From positions 8,077-72,076 of the forward strand of contig DFHU01000022.1 of assembly GCA_002373045.1 (NCBI GenBank): a stretch of 64,000 nt of DNA, read 5' to 3'. Made by a program: the position numbers and the translations under genes. The DNA comes from Selenomonas ruminantium (lineage in GTDB: Bacteria > Bacillota > Negativicutes > Selenomonadales > Selenomonadaceae). Under the pieces are notes generated by a model. That model was not told where the DNA came from, searched no databases, and was given only the letters and a program-made list of their open reading frames with translations. Below, piece after piece: positions 10,307-19,718 of this stretch. The first letter of the stretch is position 1. Every line of letters begins with the position of its first letter.

Positions 10307-10552
10307 TTCGAAGTCAGTGGTGTTTCTGACATACTCATCAAACTCGTCATCGGGGATGGCTTCAAATTCTTCTTTGGTGGTACCATAACCGCCCTGAATG
10401 AGAAATTCATCAAAAGAAGATGCTTTGGTGTGCTGACGCATAAAATCGGCATTATAGAGTTCGGAGAATGGAACCTGATGTTCTCCTTCTAATGCCTCTG
10501 CGCGCTGCTGTAGGTCTTTTAACTTATCCAAACCTGTGATTTTACATGACAT
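10244..10552 (-). CDS. Hypothetical prophage protein (acidic, 102 aa)
   Basis: RBS GAAAGGAA; protein-like composition. Confidence 0.7.
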   Translation of the reverse strand: MSCKITGLDKLKDLQQRAEALEGEHQVPFSELYNADFMRQHTKASSFDEFLIQGGYGTTKEEFEAIPDDEFDEYVRNTTDFESWLGMQEAAGAAYISKRLGF

Positions 10553-10669
10553 AGTTTTTCATTTCCTTTCGTACAGCCGTCCTTCGGGGCGGCTCTTTTT
10601 ATGCATGAATTACAACAAAGTGGTATAATATAGGGAAGATATTGCAAAAAATGAACGGAGGTGGTTGCT

Positions 10670-10840
10670 ATGAAGAAAAAGTTATTATGCATATATTGTG
10701 CCCTCTTCTGCCTTTATGTAAGTGAGCATATAGTAAGAAACAGCACGGATGTCATTAACACGACATTCAATCTGGTTCTATTCGCCGCTGGCGTGTTTAC
10801 TTTTACGGGCTTCCTTTGCTGTGATGAGCATGATGATTAG
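10670..10840 (+). CDS. Small two-TM membrane protein (56 aa)
   Basis: TGGTATAAT promoter, GGAGGTG RBS; MKKKLLCIYCALFCLY...NLVLFAAGVFTFTGFL. Confidence 0.5.
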   Translation: MKKKLLCIYCALFCLYVSEHIVRNSTDVINTTFNLVLFAAGVFTFTGFLCCDEHDD

Positions 10841-10908
10841 CACCCAAAGATAAAGATGGTATTCATCATCTATCTGGTATAATGGGGAGTAAAGGGGGGC
10901 GGCGGAAA

Positions 10909-11295
10909 ATGAAATGGATGTCTGCTTTTGGTGGTGTCATAGTCTGCGCAACACTGGCTACTATGATAGTGGAGAAAGGTTACACTGGCTTAACTCTGAC
11001 AGCTTCGCTTTTCATGCTGGGATTGTTTTGCATAAAAACGGCAGAATGCTATCTGCTGGAGCAAAAGGTGATTGCCAGGGCACTTTTCCCGGAGCCGGTA
11101 TATAACTTGACTGTGACAGTGGTCATTAATTTCTTTTGGCTGGAGTGGTATACAGTAGGAACAATCCTCACCGTCTGGCAGTTACTTCTGTGGTTTAGGC
11201 CAGGCTTTTTCTACAGTCTGCTTGAGCGCCTCCACACCTGCAAAGAGTGGTGCAAACTGAGGGCAGCATACTTCGACAAAAAACTTAATCCATAG
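10909..11295 (+). CDS. Hypothetical multi-TM membrane protein
   Basis: Several hydrophobic segments; own TGGTATAAT near 10874. Confidence 0.55.
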   Translation: MKWMSAFGGVIVCATLATMIVEKGYTGLTLTASLFMLGLFCIKTAECYLLEQKVIARALFPEPVYNLTVTVVINFFWLEWYTVGTILTVWQLLLWFRPGFFYSLLERLHTCKEWCKLRAAYFDKKLNP

Positions 11296-11721
11296 GATCA
11301 GGAGCTTTATCCGCTCATTGTTTATGATCTGCATCATCTTCTCAGCGTGTCTTATGGCACGCTTTCTTTGTTTCTTTGCCACGGCAGGGCGGGGCCTGTT
11401 CGATGTATCCATGGGGACTGGCGGCGGTGGCAGGATTTCTTTCAGCCTCGAGTCTGATTCATACAATGGCTTTATGGTTTGGTATATTTCCCTGGCAGTG
11501 CGCAAAACATCAAAAGCACTCGAATTGAACTGCTTAGCACCAGAGATTGCGGAACGTGCGGTAATGATCTGGGCACGTTCTAGCTGCGCTATAGCCGGCT
11601 CAACCATTCGGCGCATTTCCTCGATGCGTTCTCTCTCCTGCAGGATGCCGCTTTTCTCAATAGCTTGCATGAGTGGGGTATATTGTGCCTTCACTCCTTT
11701 TAGATATTCGTAGTTGTTCAT
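11182..11721 (-). CDS. Hypothetical protein
   Basis: Long ORF with AAAGGA RBS; start uncertain. Confidence 0.6.
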   Translation of the reverse strand: MNNYEYLKGVKAQYTPLMQAIEKSGILQERERIEEMRRMVEPAIAQLERAQIITARSAISGAKQFNSSAFDVLRTAREIYQTIKPLYESDSRLKEILPPPPVPMDTSNRPRPAVAKKQRKRAIRHAEKMMQIINNERIKLLILWIKFFVEVCCPQFAPLFAGVEALKQTVEKAWPKPQK

Positions 11722-11844
11722 TTCATCAAAATCCTTTATCATATAGGTGTTATTACTTTCATGTGTTTGGGGCCGCCCTTCGGGGTGGCTCTTTTTTATT
11801 GCGAGGTTCGGGCGGGGATGTGCGAGGTTCATATTTATGCATAA

Positions 11845-12651
11845 TTATCGAAAGCGATTCCTTATTCTCTTGATGAGCTTTTCCACTCCGGCCCCTCCGA
11901 AAGCTACATAGCGCTCCATGAAATCATCACCCATAACCTCTTCGGCAATAATGGTATAGGCCCGGGATTCATCAAAAGGGCCATAACGAGCTTCGATTGT
12001 GTCCATGGTATCACTGATAAATGTTGCTACTTTCTTATCCAGTAAAGTTTCGCGATAGGTTTCCAGCGCCTTTTTGATATCCTCATCTTCATAGGCCTCG
12101 GACTGTATGCTGCCAAATACTGCCTTGCAATGGTATGACATGGTGGGGGTGAGCCTTAAATGTTGCCCTGCATGTGTTACCTTGACACCATCGGGCACCT
12201 TGGCAGGCTTATTGTTTATCTTCGCGGGGATTACGACGGTCTTACCTTCGGCCAGGGCTTTGGATGCGGCCTTTTTCGTTGCTTTGGCTAAGCCTTTGCC
12301 TGGAACATATTCAAGGGCTTCATCATCACTTGGCCAGGAGTCGCGCAAAGCAAAGTGGACCATCCTTTTTGCTTCATCGGATGCATCATGATAGGCCACC
12401 AGTAAATCATGGTCTGCTTTTGGTATTGCCCGGGGTGGGGGATCCGGCTCTATACCCATAATGGTAAGAGGGGATACACGAAGCGCTTTGGCTAATGCCG
12501 CAATTCTATCCCGGCGCATATTGTCGATTTCACCAGACTCCCATCTTGAAACCGTGGCTTTACTAACGCCGACACTCTTTGCCACTTCATCTAATGTTAA
12601 ACCTAGCTCTTTTCTACGTTCGGCTAGTGATTGATTATTATGCATAGACAT
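11845..12651 (-). CDS. CI-like XRE HTH repressor, no S24 peptidase domain evident
   Basis: RRKELGLTLDEVAKSVGVSKATVSRWESG; divergent from cro. Confidence 0.88.
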   Translation of the reverse strand: MSMHNNQSLAERRKELGLTLDEVAKSVGVSKATVSRWESGEIDNMRRDRIAALAKALRVSPLTIMGIEPDPPPRAIPKADHDLLVAYHDASDEAKRMVHFALRDSWPSDDEALEYVPGKGLAKATKKAASKALAEGKTVVIPAKINNKPAKVPDGVKVTHAGQHLRLTPTMSYHCKAVFGSIQSEAYEDEDIKKALETYRETLLDKKVATFISDTMDTIEARYGPFDESRAYTIIAEEVMGDDFMERYVAFGGAGVEKLIKRIRNRFR

Positions 12652-12684
12652 AGTTACACCTCCTAATTCTATTATAATTGCCGT

Positions 12685-12787
12685 GTTGCATTATCGCAAT
12701 TACGAAAACGCAAAAAGTAAATAAAAATATAAAAAAAGTGTTGACAAAACGCAACTAAGGGTATATTGTAAGTTACGTAAACGGAAC
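12685..12787. promoter_or_regulatory. Lysis-lysogeny switch: four 16-bp operators and PR
   Basis: GTTGCATTATCGCAAT (12685), ATTACGAAAACGCAAA (12699), GTTGACAAAACGCAAC (12740, overlaps -35), GTTACGTAAACGGAAC (12772). Confidence 0.75.
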
Positions 12788-12814
12788 AGAGCAGAACACG
12801 AAGGAGGCGATAAT

Positions 12815-13030
12815 GTGTTCCAGAAAAATGAGTTTATGGCCGAGTTGGTACGACGTGAGCTAACTGTAAAAACGGTTGCTCAAAAGGCCGGGATGAACGC
12901 CGCAACCCTTCATCGAAAAATGAATGGGGAAAGCGATTTCTACAGGGGCGAGATTGAAAAGATTATCCAGTTCCTGGGATTGAGCGGTGCGGATGTTCTA
13001 AGAATTTTTTTTGCCGAAAAGGTTGCGTAA
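12815..13030 (+). CDS. Cro-like HTH protein
   Basis: VAQKAGMNAATLHRKMNGESDF..EI..I. Confidence 0.85.
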   Translation: MFQKNEFMAELVRRELTVKTVAQKAGMNAATLHRKMNGESDFYRGEIEKIIQFLGLSGADVLRIFFAEKVA

Positions 13031-13037
13031 ACGTAAC
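13022..13037. promoter_or_regulatory. Fifth operator at cro stop
   Basis: GTTGCGTAAACGTAAC, best match to the operator palindrome. Confidence 0.7.
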
Positions 13038-13065
13038 CAGAAATCAACAAAAGGAGGAATAACCA

Positions 13066-13260
13066 ATGAAGTACACAGAGCACGGCTTACAAATCAGCAT
13101 TGACGAATTACGGCGGCTGTTAACTGATGCAGAAAACGAAGCCAAGTATCACGACAAAGAGGGGTGCATCTATATCAAAGGTGGGGAAAAACCGACCATA
13201 ACCCAGTACAGCGTTTATGCGGAGTGCAACCCCACCAATCACACCTATGGGGTTAGGTAA
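13066..13260 (+). CDS. Hypothetical early protein
   Basis: AGGAGG RBS. Confidence 0.65.
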   Translation: MKYTEHGLQISIDELRRLLTDAENEAKYHDKEGCIYIKGGEKPTITQYSVYAECNPTNHTYGVR

Positions 13261-13274
13261 GAAAGGAGTTTCGC

Positions 13275-13517
13275 ATGAAAGCACAGACAACCGTTAACAC
13301 CAATTTGGAGCAGGCAATAAACACCATTCTACCGGTAGTAGCAACGTTGACAGACATGGAATGGGCGCGAATTTCGGGGATTATCAAGCATGCGTATAGC
13401 ATGAAAGCCGCCAAGACGATGCTTGACGGCTCTGACATGGAAAACTTAAACATTTCTTTACGGCATGAACTTTTAGATGAACCGTATTCTAAGTTGGTTC
13501 AGAAACAATCTGAATAA
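13275..13517 (+). CDS. Hypothetical early protein
   Basis: AAGGAG RBS. Confidence 0.65.
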   Translation: MKAQTTVNTNLEQAINTILPVVATLTDMEWARISGIIKHAYSMKAAKTMLDGSDMENLNISLRHELLDEPYSKLVQKQSE

Positions 13518-13734
13518 ACATAGGACTGATTCGGTAATCTTTCCCCTTGTAGCTGATATTTACATAAGGGGTGCTGTAAAGAGAGTTTTCCTTATCCGGC
13601 TTAAATGGATTGTAGATTTTGGCGTCTTCTTTCCACCATTGAGCCGGTGGCAACTGGTTTTCACCAATGACGCAACCATCATCGTCATTTAGACAAACCC
13701 ATTTGCCGACAAGACATGCATAGACTTTTGTCAT
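13489..13734 (-). CDS. Hypothetical protein antisense within early operon
   Basis: GGAGGTG RBS supplied by 70-bp repeat. Confidence 0.7.
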   Translation of the reverse strand: MTKVYACLVGKWVCLNDDDGCVIGENQLPPAQWWKEDAKIYNPFKPDKENSLYSTPYVNISYKGKDYRISPMFIQIVSEPT

Positions 13735-13736
13735 CT

Positions 13737-13806
13737 TTATCACCTCCACGATGGAGGTTCGACATCAGCAGGATAACTCCTGCCGAGAAAGGAGACATAA
13801 ACCATG
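13737..13806. repeat. 70-bp bidirectional expression repeat, copy 1
   Basis: 66/70 identical to 14578-14647. Confidence 0.92.
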
Positions 13807-14025
13807 GATTTTTACGGATTAGTACGAGAACATAATGAAACCATGACACCATATACCAACCCCAAAATAGAAAAAGCCGTCAAGGATATAGGCGTTATCC
13901 TCAACGGCTTCACGGTTCAAGATGCGGCTATCACTTTAGGACTCGCACAGAACCATCTTTGGGCGGCACAGGTTGCCATGAAAGGAGACATAAACCGTGG
14001 GGCAGACAAAAGAAAAAAACCCTGA
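13804..14025 (+). CDS. Hypothetical protein
   Basis: AAGGAGACATAAACC-ATG. Confidence 0.6.
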   Translation: MDFYGLVREHNETMTPYTNPKIEKAVKDIGVILNGFTVQDAAITLGLAQNHLWAAQVAMKGDINRGADKRKKP

Positions 14026-14440
14026 TATGAGCGTATCAGAGCTTTTGAGGGAGCAAATACAGCTGCTTGCTGAATGGAATAAAACGGCTTTCAACAATAG
14101 CAGCGATGTCGAATTTGCTGAACAGGCAAGAAGAAATGTCGAGACGATTTACAAGGTTTCTACCTACTTAGAGCAGTCAGGGAGCGTAGAGCCCGACATC
14201 GAAAGGATTGCCTTGAAGATATACGAGCTTCTTGCAGGGGCACAGAGTAATTACAATCCGATTAAAGATGTAAAACCTGCTAGTCTCCCCAAAATCCTAG
14301 TGGACGGCGTGGCTTGTCCTTTGCCTGCCGTGGTAACCCTATCATTATCAGAAGCTGAAGAGATGGTTCACGAAAACAAAGACGAATTGCTTGCCCGTCA
14401 GCGCAATGACCGGAAAGGGATAGAATACCACCTCTCGTGA
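13997..14440 (+). CDS. Hypothetical protein
   Basis: Same AAGGAGACATAAACC RBS before GTG. Confidence 0.55.
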   Translation: MGQTKEKNPDMSVSELLREQIQLLAEWNKTAFNNSSDVEFAEQARRNVETIYKVSTYLEQSGSVEPDIERIALKIYELLAGAQSNYNPIKDVKPASLPKILVDGVACPLPAVVTLSLSEAEEMVHENKDELLARQRNDRKGIEYHLS

Positions 14441-14576
14441 TAGAAATCATATCAAGGGAAAAAGTAAATCCGCTATAGACCAAGCCGACCTCTTGATCTT
14501 GTGGCAGGGATTTTTCAAATGATTTGATTTCATCAACAAAAGCATGGAATACAGGATGTTCATATTCAGTATCCAT
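14280..14576 (-). CDS. DUF6173-like protein
   Basis: IKSFEKSLPQDQEVG...PRRPLGF pattern; GGAGGTG RBS. Confidence 0.6.
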   Translation of the reverse strand: MDTEYEHPVFHAFVDEIKSFEKSLPQDQEVGLVYSGFTFSLDMISITRGGILSLSGHCADGQAIRLCFREPSLQLLIMIGLPRQAKDKPRRPLGFWGD

Positions 14577-14577
14577 A

Positions 14578-14647
14578 TTATCACCTCCACAATGGAGGTT
14601 CGACACCGGCAGGATAACTCCTGCCGAGGAAGGAGACATAAACCATG
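14578..14647. repeat. 70-bp bidirectional expression repeat, copy 2
   Basis: 66/70 identical to 13737-13806. Confidence 0.92.
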
Positions 14648-15049
14648 AGCGGTACATATAAGGATTTAGCCCTGCTATTGGAGCAGGCGGCGGAGTTGGT
14701 GCGGCGGCAGGCTGAGGAAAACGAGGCTTTACGGCGCAAAGAGCAGGCACACGAGCAGGCCCGCCGTAAATATGGTATGCTGGCAGATTTGCCGGACGTT
14801 ATCACGGCCAAAGAAATAGCGGCTTTTCTACGGATAAACCAAAACACCGTATACGAAATGTTCAAAGCTGGGAAAATCAAGAGCTTTGGCGGCGGTGCAA
14901 ATGGCAAATCCATACGCTGCATGAAAGCTGATTTTATTGAATGGCTGGATAGAGAGCGCAACCAGTCGCAACAGGAAGAAAGTACCCCGGATACCTACGA
15001 AATGCCCATACAGATAACCAAAGGGGCAAGACGGCTGCAAGTTGTATAA
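14645..15049 (+). CDS. Excisionase-like HTH_17 protein
   Basis: LPDVITAKEIAAFLRINQNTVYEM...IRCMKADFIEWL. Confidence 0.8.
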   Translation: MSGTYKDLALLLEQAAELVRRQAEENEALRRKEQAHEQARRKYGMLADLPDVITAKEIAAFLRINQNTVYEMFKAGKIKSFGGGANGKSIRCMKADFIEWLDRERNQSQQEESTPDTYEMPIQITKGARRLQVV

Positions 15050-15063
15050 GGGAAGTTACGATT

Positions 15064-15315
15064 ATGGCTATGGAAACTTTACACAAAGCATATTTCTTCA
15101 AGGAGTGGGAAGATAAAGCAAGGCGACACGCCTATATTCTTTACTACGTGGTGGGAGAAGATACAGGCCGCCGATACTTCAAGATATTTACCCCGGATGG
15201 GGAGGCCAGCGGCACAACGATAGCACTATCACTTTATTGTAACCCGGATGATTTTAATAACATGGTGGCCGTTATGAAAGCTATGATTCAGCCCGTGGAG
15301 GTGGTTGTGGAATGA
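15064..15315 (+). CDS. Hypothetical protein
   Basis: ORF in operon, overlaps next start. Confidence 0.55.
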   Translation: MAMETLHKAYFFKEWEDKARRHAYILYYVVGEDTGRRYFKIFTPDGEASGTTIALSLYCNPDDFNNMVAVMKAMIQPVEVVVE

Positions 15316-15620
15316 AAAAAGAGAAATTTAACGTAAGGCGCGGCGCCGCTTGCTTACTGCTGGCGGCAACAGCCTTCTTTTTTTGCGGCGCTTACAATGG
15401 CGACCAGATATTAGTGGAAGATACCCACATCGTACAGCCGGGAGATACCCTTTGGAGCATCAGCGAAGAATATATGCACCGTAATACCGGCGGGCGGCGC
15501 TACATCATGGAATTCATGGAGGGCGTAAAGGAGCTTAATCCGTGGATTAAGGAGAACGGCTATACCATCCACCCCGGCGACCGGGTAAGGGTCAATTATT
15601 GGGTGAAAAAACAAGAGTGA
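15312..15620 (+). CDS. TM + LysM protein (YneA-like)
   Basis: HIVQPGDTLWSIS...ELNP..IHPGD. Confidence 0.8.
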   Translation: MKKEKFNVRRGAACLLLAATAFFFCGAYNGDQILVEDTHIVQPGDTLWSISEEYMHRNTGGRRYIMEFMEGVKELNPWIKENGYTIHPGDRVRVNYWVKKQE

Positions 15621-15633
15621 GGATGTTTGCAAG

Positions 15634-16087
15634 ATGAATTATAACGACTTTTTGAAGTCCAAGATGGTCATTGCTCCTAAAAGCGGCCTGACCATAAGCC
15701 GCGATGAAATCAGCGACACCTTAAAGCCCCATCAGAGGGACGCGGTATATTGGGCTGTGACAGGCGGGCGGCGGGCAATATTTGCCGCTTTCGGCTTGGG
15801 CAAGACCATTATTTGGACATGGCTGAAAAGCTGGATAAGGACGGGAAACTGCCTGCTTCTTTCATGGTCGTGGCTCCCGGCTCATGGAATCAGACGAGCT
15901 TATCTTTGACCCATTCGGCGGGCTGATGACCGTGCCGGTGAGAGCGTTGAAATTAGGCCGTCGGGGAATTGCCACCGAATTAAACAGCGATTATTTCCGC
16001 GATGGTGTCGGCTATCTCAAACTGGAAGAAAGCAAGATGAGCGAACCTACCTTGTTCGATTTAGCCAATATTCCCATGAAAGCATAA
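15634..16087 (+). pseudogene. Internally deleted helicase/DNA-methylase fusion
   Basis: LKPHQRDAV..AFGLGKT (helicase motif I), middle fragment EKLDKDGKLPASFMVVAPGSW in another frame, then FDPFGG..GIATELN..YF (MTase motif I). Confidence 0.75.
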
Positions 16088-16223
16088 AAAAAGAACCCGG
16101 CACAGGATAAAACCGCCGCCGGGTTCGGATTTCAAAAAATGCAAGGCAGGCTGCCTTTTCGGCCTGCTAAACTATGACCATTTACCGACCCCGTAGGGGT
16201 GTTCAACCTACAAGGACACGGCT

Positions 16224-16964
16224 ATGAAAAAATATATTAAAAGAATTGTTAAAGCTGGAAATACAGTAGAAATTACCAAATATGCAGTAAGTGGCAAGAG
16301 AGATTTAACTGGAGAGTCAGATTCAGATTATGGAGCAGCTCAAAAAGAATGGAAATGGAAACGGGCAGAAGATAGTTGCAGATGGTATCTAAATGAGAAT
16401 TTCCATCCGGGGGATTTATGGATGAGGTTTAGTTATCCCCGGGGAGTGAGGAAACCACCGGCAGAAATCAAAGCGGATATTGAGAAGTTTTTCAAAAAGC
16501 TCAGGAGACTCTATCGAAAAGCAGGAAAAATCCTGAAATACATTTACACCGTAGGAATAGGCAGCCGGGGCGGAATGCATTTTCATGCAGTATTTTCAGA
16601 GTTTGATTCAGCAAAAATAGAAGAGCTATGGCAAGATGTGGCCGGAACAGAGGAAAACCCATACCCAAGTGTGAATACCCGGCATTTGGACCGGCAGGGT
16701 CATTATGGTGACATAGCCGCATACCTCATAAAAAATGCGAAAGAGACCTACGGGACAGAAAATCAGATTTTTGGCAAGCGCTATTGTTCCAGCCGGAATT
16801 TAGCCCCACCGAAAATCAAGCGGGTGGAAGTAAAAGCCGGGAGTTGGGTAAAAACGCCAAAACCGAAAAAAGGCTATTACATTCTGAAGGATTCCATACG
16901 GGAAGGGAAATTTGAAAGCGGCTTCCCGTATCAGTCCTATATCATGGTGCGGTTGCGGATTTAA
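16224..16964 (+). CDS. HUH-type rolling-circle-like replication initiator
   Basis: GGMHFHAVF (HUH), DIAAYLIK (catalytic Tyr), YCSSRNL. Confidence 0.7.
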   Translation: MKKYIKRIVKAGNTVEITKYAVSGKRDLTGESDSDYGAAQKEWKWKRAEDSCRWYLNENFHPGDLWMRFSYPRGVRKPPAEIKADIEKFFKKLRRLYRKAGKILKYIYTVGIGSRGGMHFHAVFSEFDSAKIEELWQDVAGTEENPYPSVNTRHLDRQGHYGDIAAYLIKNAKETYGTENQIFGKRYCSSRNLAPPKIKRVEVKAGSWVKTPKPKKGYYILKDSIREGKFESGFPYQSYIMVRLRI

Positions 16965-16985
16965 GCCGCTAAGCAATAAACAGAG

Positions 16986-17003
16986 TTGTTCACATTATCC
17001 ACA
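16986..17003 (+). promoter_or_regulatory. Tandem DnaA boxes
   Basis: TTGTTCACA + perfect TTATCCACA. Confidence 0.5.
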
Positions 17004-17016
17004 GGAGGAGATTGAT

Positions 17017-17562
17017 TTGCGAATAAGGAGCAGTTGGGGTGGTACTCCAAAATTGAAATCCGTTCAGGGGGCAGTAAGCAATGCTCGCGGGCGGGAGTTT
17101 GAGTCTTGGATTGATGAAGCCTGCCAGCTTTACAAAGACAGGGGCATTGCCTATATCGAGAAAACGCCGGAACCTTTTCACTGTCTAAAAAAAGATAAGC
17201 GTGGACGGGCAGTAGTCCAATTTATCCACCATGCGCAACCGGATTATAAGGGCGTACTGCTAAATGGCCAGGCGATAATCTTTGAGGCAAAATGTACCGG
17301 CAAAGACAGGATATTACAAGATGTGCTGACTGATAACCAGTCGGAAATGCTGGGAGCCTATCAGCGATTAGGAGCTTATACCGCTGTATGCGTAGGGATA
17401 CGGGACAATTATTTTTTTGTGCCTTTTCATATATTTGAACACATGAAAGAGTTTTTCGGCCGCAAATATGCCACAGTGGAAGATTTGAAACCATGGGCGG
17501 TGCGGTTCAATGGGGCGGCAGTTTATTTTCTGGATAATGCTGCCGTGGTTCCAAAAGAATAG
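17017..17562 (+). CDS. recU: RecU-family Holliday junction resolvase
   Basis: RGREFE..IEKTPEP..PDYKG..FEAK; AGGAGG RBS, TTG start. Confidence 0.85.
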   Translation: MRIRSSWGGTPKLKSVQGAVSNARGREFESWIDEACQLYKDRGIAYIEKTPEPFHCLKKDKRGRAVVQFIHHAQPDYKGVLLNGQAIIFEAKCTGKDRILQDVLTDNQSEMLGAYQRLGAYTAVCVGIRDNYFFVPFHIFEHMKEFFGRKYATVEDLKPWAVRFNGAAVYFLDNAAVVPKE

Positions 17563-17573
17563 GAGGGTGTGTA

Positions 17574-18029
17574 ATGGCAAATTTAGAGGATTTGAAAGAA
17601 CAGGCCAAACGGAAGGTTGAAGCGGAGATGACGGAGCCGGATTCTCCCATCGGGCAGATTGGTATGATATGCCTGACATGGATTGATTATGCAGATAATG
17701 CGGCAGAGATGATTTTGGGAGAAGGGAAAACGCTGGCCGGCGCTTATGAAGAAATCCGCAAATATGCGCAAAAAAATCAGAAAAGCGGTCAGACGTGCGT
17801 AGAACCGACAAAGACATTCGAGCTGGTATTGGAATATTTCGGGCAGGATGATCCCAAAGGCATCATTGAGGGCGGCCTTATGTATAGGTGTATGATGGCG
17901 GCGGCAGCCAGCTTCAAGCCCTATAACATGAATGGACCCGAACCGCCTGCCCCTGTACCTGTACCGCAAAAAACGCAACCGGGCGCGGATTTGATGGCAG
18001 CCCTCAACGCATTGAGCCTGGAGGATTAA
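17574..18029 (+). CDS. PcfK-like protein
   Basis: GKTLAGAYEEIRKYA...FELVLEYFG pattern; adjacent to PcfJ. Confidence 0.5.
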   Translation: MANLEDLKEQAKRKVEAEMTEPDSPIGQIGMICLTWIDYADNAAEMILGEGKTLAGAYEEIRKYAQKNQKSGQTCVEPTKTFELVLEYFGQDDPKGIIEGGLMYRCMMAAAASFKPYNMNGPEPPAPVPVPQKTQPGADLMAALNALSLED

Positions 18030-18033
18030 AGCT

Positions 18034-19718
18034 ATGGCAGGAAAGAATGTGCCCAAAACGGTTTCTGAGGTGCTGGAACATTTCCGGCCATTGGAGCAGG
18101 AGCCGGATGTGGTGGAAATGGTCCGGGAGGAAATGAACGTACATTTCTTTGTAGATGATGAGGCCTACAGGCATAAAGCATGGTGTAGCCATTGCAGGGA
18201 ATGGGTGGATTTAAAAAAATCCAAGCATAGGGCTGTGACAACCTGCCCTAATTGCGGGGAACAGGGGGACGTAATCCATACCTGGCGCGGCTATAAAAAC
18301 TTAGTCGACAGAACCCTGACATATATCTATAGCAAATCCGCCAAATCTTCGGAGGACACCATCACGGCGCGGGCGGTTTATATGGAGTGCCGCTGGTATC
18401 AGGAAAACGCACAGCATACCACCTATACGCTACCATGGGATATAGTCACTTACATGGCAGTGGACAGCTATTATGTATTTGTCTACGGGCAGGGAGCGGT
18501 ACAGACAAGACCAGTCAATAATTCCCGCCATAGCGCGCGATTCGGTGGAGCTCAACAAACGATAAGCAAATCCATAAATGACAGATTAAGTGTATACGCT
18601 AACGGTTGCTTTGGTCAGCCCAGACATATAACACTTGCCGTTGACGAGGACAGCATAGACGAGGCAGTGAAAGACACGCCGTTCCGTTATGTCTGGGATG
18701 AAATCAGCGGCAGCTTCACTGACCGGGGAACCATGAGGGCATACATACAGGTTTTCAGCAAAATTGCAAAGTACCCTTCGCGGTGGAGGCGTTGGCAAAA
18801 ATGGGAAGCCCTACCCGTGATTGGTTATACCAGTTGACAGAGGGCGGGCGTACAGCGGGCGGCTTAATTAACTGGCGGGGCAAGACTCTTGGCAAGGTTT
18901 TTCGTTACAATCTGTCCAAAGAGGAAAAAGCATGGCTAAGAACAGCAGGAGCCACACAGATATATGTCGGTAGCCTGTTCGAGGCGTGGGCATGGTTGCG
19001 AAAACAGGGCAATATGAGTATCACCATGATGGATATAGATAAGTATTGTATGTGGGATATTGCAGCCATGAAAAAAGCGCAGGAAGTAATCAGCCTGCCG
19101 CGCCTGATGCGCTACCTTGACCGCCAACAGAAAGAACATTCGCACCATGTCAGGATTACTTTAGGTATCTATCTTGACTATCTGAACGATTGCCGGGAAC
19201 TGGGGGCGGACATGACCAAGAAATCCGTTTTTATGCCTCGTGACCTGGTAGAGGCCCATGATGCCCTGAACCGGGAAATCCGGCAGATAAGGGAATTGCA
19301 GCGCGAAGAAGAAGAACTCAAAAAATCCCGAGGCAGAAAGCGGCAGGCTGGGCAGAAAAACAAGCTCTATAAGAAACTCAGGAAGAAAATTCTGCAACAG
19401 TATGCTTTTGAAGCAGACGGCATGATGATTTATGTCCCCAAGAAGCTAGAAGAACTCATAGACGAAGGTATAGCCATGCACAGCTGCGTGGGCGGCTATG
19501 TTGACCGGGTAGCAGAAGGAAGAACTATTGTTGTATTTATCCGTTCGGTGGCAGACCATAGGGAGCGTATTGGTACTATGGAAATCAGTCGGGACGGAAC
19601 CAGCATTATACAGGCACGAGCAAAATATAATCAGGATTTGCCGCCGGAGGCAGCAGATTTTGTCCGGAAGTTCAAAGAAATCAAAATAGATAAGATTATT
19701 AGGAGGAAATCCGCATGA
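18034..19718 (+). pseudogene. PcfJ-domain protein split by 1-bp frameshift near 18775
   Basis: ORFs 18034-18837 and 18783-19718 join as KYP(FA)VEALAKMG; C-terminal YLDYL..PRDLVEAHD, EGIAMHSCVGGY. Confidence 0.75.
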
